From the NCBI GenBank assembly GCA_031386065.1, contig JANNBZ010000184.1, positions 1,155-65,154 on the forward strand: a stretch of DNA of 64,000 bases, given 5' to 3'. Below are positions 61,296 through 64,000 of this stretch, piece after piece (the first letter of the stretch is position 1; each line of letters opens with the position of its first letter). A program made the translations under genes and the position numbers. The notes beneath the pieces were generated by a model. That model had not been told where the DNA came from. It saw only the letters and a list, made by a program, of their open reading frames with translations, and ran no database searches. The stretch is from Burkholderiales bacterium (GTDB lineage: Bacteria > Pseudomonadota > Gammaproteobacteria > Burkholderiales > Burkholderiaceae_C).

Positions 61296-62269
61296 GCGGA
61301 TGCTTTCATGTGGGGGAACAACTCGTCGAACGCGACGCTGGCGGTGCCGAACTTGCCGACCACGATGCCGCCGGCGCGGTTGGCGACCGGCATCGCTTCG
61401 CGCAGGCTCGCGCCGCACGCGAGCATGGCGGCGAGCGTGGCGATCACGGTATCGCCGGCGCCGGTCACGTCGAACACCTCGCGCGCCTGCGCGGGGACGT
61501 GCGCATGCGCCGGCGCGCCGTCGACCGTGTCGAACAGCGACATGCCGTCTTCGGACCGTGTGAGCAGCAGGGCGCCGAGCTTGTGCTCGGCGCGCAGGCG
61601 CTCGACGCGCTCGTGCAGTTGCGCTTCGCTGCTCCACGCGCCGATCACCTGCGCCAACTCGGCCCGGTTCGGCGTGATGACGGTCGCACCCGCGTAGCGG
61701 CTGTAGTCGGCCCCCTTGGGGTCGATCAGCACCGGCTTGCCATGCTGGCGCGCGAGTTCGATCATGTGCGGCAGGTGCGTCAGGCCGCCCTTGCCGTAGT
61801 CGGAGAACAGCACGGCGTCATGCTCGGGCAGCACGCGCTCGAAGTCACTCAGCATGCTGGCCAGCACCTCATGGTCGGGCTGGTTCTCGAAGTCCACGCG
61901 GAGCAGTTGCTGCGCCCGGCCGATGACGCGCAGTTTGACGATGGTGTAGAGCTGCGGGTCGCTGCCGAGCAACGCAGTGACGCCTTGTTCTTCGAGCAGC
62001 CGGCGCAGCGTGCGGGCGGGCTCGTCGACGCCGACCACGGTGAGCAAGGTGGCCTGCGCGCCCAGCGTCTTGACGTTCAGCGCCACGTTGGCGGCGCCGC
62101 CCAGGCGTTCTTCCTCGCGCGTGACACGCACGACCGGCACCGGCGCTTCCGGCGAGATGCGGTCGACGGCGCCGAACCAGTAGCGGTCGAGCATGGCGTC
62201 GCCGACGACGAGCACCCGGGCGCGTGCCATCTGCTCGCGCGTGACCGCGGTGGCTGGGGTCGACTTCAT
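61292..62269 (-). CDS. hldA: D-glycero-beta-D-manno-heptose-7-phosphate kinase (RfaE domain I)
   Basis: [15 protein letters not shown]...[10 protein letters not shown]...GGAANVA...[14 protein letters not shown] 62269 shares one nt with the lapB stop (TGATG). Confidence 0.85.
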   Translation of the reverse strand: MKSTPATAVTREQMARARVLVVGDAMLDRYWFGAVDRISPEAPVPVVRVTREEERLGGAANVALNVKTLGAQATLLTVVGVDEPARTLRRLLEEQGVTALLGSDPQLYTIVKLRVIGRAQQLLRVDFENQPDHEVLASMLSDFERVLPEHDAVLFSDYGKGGLTHLPHMIELARQHGKPVLIDPKGADYSRYAGATVITPNRAELAQVIGAWSSEAQLHERVERLRAEHKLGALLLTRSEDGMSLFDTVDGAPAHAHVPAQAREVFDVTGAGDTVIATLAAMLACGASLREAMPVANRAGGIVVGKFGTASVAFDELFPHMKASA

Positions 62270-63420
62270 CACAGGTCCTCAAGCCGCTGCGGCGGGTAAC
62301 TGTCCCAGCTCAGGCAGCCGGGGCATTGCCAGAAGTAGTGCTGTGCCTCGAAGCCGCAGGCGGCGCAACGGTAGCGTTGCAACGGTTGTGCGGCACGGCC
62401 GACCGCGTCACGCAGCGCCTTGGTTTCGGTGGCGGTGAACGGCGCATCTCCTTGCTGACCGAGCAGGGCTTGCGCGGCCGACAAGGTGGGGTGCTCGCGC
62501 AACTGCGCGAGCAGGCGCTCGCGCTGCGCTTCAAGGCGCGCGTCGAGCAGGGCGAGCGCGTCGAGCAGGTCCATCGCCGGCGCGCGTGCGTACAGCGCCT
62601 GCAGCCGCTGCAGCGCCGCCGGGCCTTGGCCGGTGGCCAGCGCGCTGCGGGCGTAGTCCCGCGCGACGAGGTTGAACATGACGGGGTGCGTGACCATCAA
62701 CTCGCCCCACAGCGCCAGCACCTGCGCGTGGTCACCGCTGCGCAGCGCGCGCTGGCCGGCCAGCACGAGCGGGCGGGCGGCTTGCGGGGCGGCTTCGCGG
62801 GCGCGTTGCAGGGCGGCGTCGGCATCGGCGGTCTGGGCTTGCGCATCGGCCTCCAGCGCGATCTCGCACCAGTGGTGCGCGATGCGTGATGCGAACGAGC
62901 CGGTGCCCCGTTGCTCCAGCTTGCTGGCCACGTCTGCGGCGGCGCGCCATTCGCGTGAGCGTTCATGCAGCGTCAGCAGCGCGAGCCGCGCCTCGGTGTC
63001 GAACGCGGTGCCGTCGAGCGCAAGGTAGGCGGCCTCGGCGCGGTCGAGCAGGCCGGCCTTCATGAAGTCTTGTGCCAGCGCATGCTGGGCGCGGTCACGT
63101 TCACTCGCGGGCAGGTCGGCGCGGTTCAGCAGGTGCTCGTGCACGCGCACTGCGCGCTCGTATTCGCCGCGCCGGCGGAACAGGTTGCCAAGCGCAAAGT
63201 GCAGGTCGGATGTGTCGGGGTCGTGCTGAACGGCCTCGATGAAGGCGTCGATGGCCTTGTCGTGCTGTTCGTTGAGCAGCAGGTTCAGTCCCTTGTAGTA
63301 GGCCTTCGGTGAGTCTTTCTGTTCACGCTTCCATTGGCGCACATCGAACCGTGACGCGACCCAGCCGAGCGCGAAGGTGAGGGGCAGCCCGAGCAGCAGC
63401 CACTGCAGGTCAAAGTCCAT
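62269..63420 (-). CDS. lapB: lipopolysaccharide assembly protein LapB (YciM)
   Basis: N-terminal TM, TPR repeats (YYKGLNLLLNEQHDKAIDAF), C-terminal rubredoxin-like YRCAACGFEAQHYFWQCPGCLSWDSYPP. Confidence 0.9.
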   Translation of the reverse strand: MDFDLQWLLLGLPLTFALGWVASRFDVRQWKREQKDSPKAYYKGLNLLLNEQHDKAIDAFIEAVQHDPDTSDLHFALGNLFRRRGEYERAVRVHEHLLNRADLPASERDRAQHALAQDFMKAGLLDRAEAAYLALDGTAFDTEARLALLTLHERSREWRAAADVASKLEQRGTGSFASRIAHHWCEIALEADAQAQTADADAALQRAREAAPQAARPLVLAGQRALRSGDHAQVLALWGELMVTHPVMFNLVARDYARSALATGQGPAALQRLQALYARAPAMDLLDALALLDARLEAQRERLLAQLREHPTLSAAQALLGQQGDAPFTATETKALRDAVGRAAQPLQRYRCAACGFEAQHYFWQCPGCLSWDSYPPQRLEDL

Positions 63421-63721
63421 CGCGGGGCGGGTGCGGCAGGGTGATCTCAGCTGCGGCTCTCGGTGGTGCGGGCTCGTCCACCGCAGCAATCACCGGCGCG
63501 TGCTTGCGTGCCACGCGGCGGTGCCGCCACCAGCTTGGCACCATCGCGAACACGCCGAAGGCGCAGCCCAGCGCAAATGCAGCCAACACGATGAACACCA
63601 TCGGCGCACGCCACTCCTGGCCGAAGAACCAGCGGATCGCAGCGTCGTGCTGGTTGTTCAGCGCGAACGCGAACAGCGTGAAGACGATGGCGGCTCGAAC
63701 GAGCCAGACGATGAGGCGCAT
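63410..63721 (-). CDS. lapA: lipopolysaccharide assembly protein LapA (YciS, DUF1049)
   Basis: 103 aa, two TM helices, immediately upstream of lapB and overlapping it. Confidence 0.8.
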   Translation of the reverse strand: MRLIVWLVRAAIVFTLFAFALNNQHDAAIRWFFGQEWRAPMVFIVLAAFALGCAFGVFAMVPSWWRHRRVARKHAPVIAAVDEPAPPRAAAEITLPHPPRDGL

Positions 63722-63739
63722 GAACGGTGAAAACGGCCG

Positions 63740-64000
63740 TCAGACAACGGGCGCCTTGGTCGCGCGCGCCACGGGCTCGGCCGCCAGCGGCACCTGCGCA
63801 TCGACCGCTTCACGCAGCGCCTTGCCAGGTTTGAAATGGGGGACGAGCTTCTCGGGGATCACCACCTGCTCGCCGCTGCGCGGGTTGCGGCCCACACGGG
63901 GCGGGCGGCGGTTGATCGAGAAGCTGCCGAAACCACGGATCTCGATGCGGTGCCCCTTGGCGAGCGCCGCAGACATTGCATCGAGGATGGTCTTGACCGC
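63740..64000 (-). CDS. ihfB: integration host factor subunit beta (5' end beyond the window)
   Basis: ...[54 protein letters not shown]. The frame stays open to the window edge. Confidence 0.85.
   Translation of the reverse strand, partial: AVKTILDAMSAALAKGHRIEIRGFGSFSINRRPPRVGRNPRSGEQVVIPEKLVPHFKPGKALREAVDAQVPLAAEPVARATKAPVV

Noticed and set aside
61296-61637. N-terminal extension of the hldD ORF (448-aa version)
   Set aside because: It overlaps hldA out of frame. The Rossmann motif [15 protein letters not shown] marks the true start at 61295.

Overview
This is a high-GC chromosomal segment; spot counts on single 60-nt lines give about 65-70% G+C. Gene content and synteny look like a Burkholderiales/Comamonadaceae betaproteobacterium (Variovorax-like), but that is inference only, since no search was possible. 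I call about 62 protein genes, one probable pseudogene, a few intrinsic terminators and candidate promoters, and several short tandem repeats. I saw no rRNA, tRNA, CRISPR array, transposase or integrase. Most of the window is housekeeping: argD-argF, rpsT, murJ, hda, pcnB-folK, rpsP-rimM-trmD-rplS, rsgA, orn, a DEAD-box helicase, gluQ, dnaE, and ihfB-lapA-lapB-hldA-hldD. It also holds CoA-dependent catabolic genes: an acyl-CoA dehydrogenase, an AMP-ligase, RidA, a thiolase, an aldehyde dehydrogenase and a Bug-family binding protein. The clearest anomaly is an AT-richer insertion of about 4.3 kb (about 20.95-25.26 kb) between rpsT and murJ. It carries a four-gene secreted-protein operon. The last two genes encode a beta-propeller protein with a C-terminal dockerin-like double Ca-loop and a cohesin-like protein with a PEP-CTERM anchor. 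I read these as a candidate cohesin-dockerin surface-tethering module. Other items worth a look: a translationally coupled hybrid-kinase / CheY-like / hybrid-kinase trio convergent with a NIT-domain chemoreceptor; a Ser/Thr-kinase::USP fusion coupled to a metallophosphoesterase; an EgtB-like sulfoxide synthase paired with a UPF0176 rhodanese and no EgtD nearby; a DUF486 gene with an internal out-of-frame deletion; a ComEA-like protein with a long Ala/Lys-rich tail; and several perfect short tandem duplications sitting exactly on gene boundaries. Many very long ORFs in the track are antisense or out-of-frame artefacts of the high GC content and were rejected. All family assignments rest on motif and sequence recognition by eye, not on database searches.
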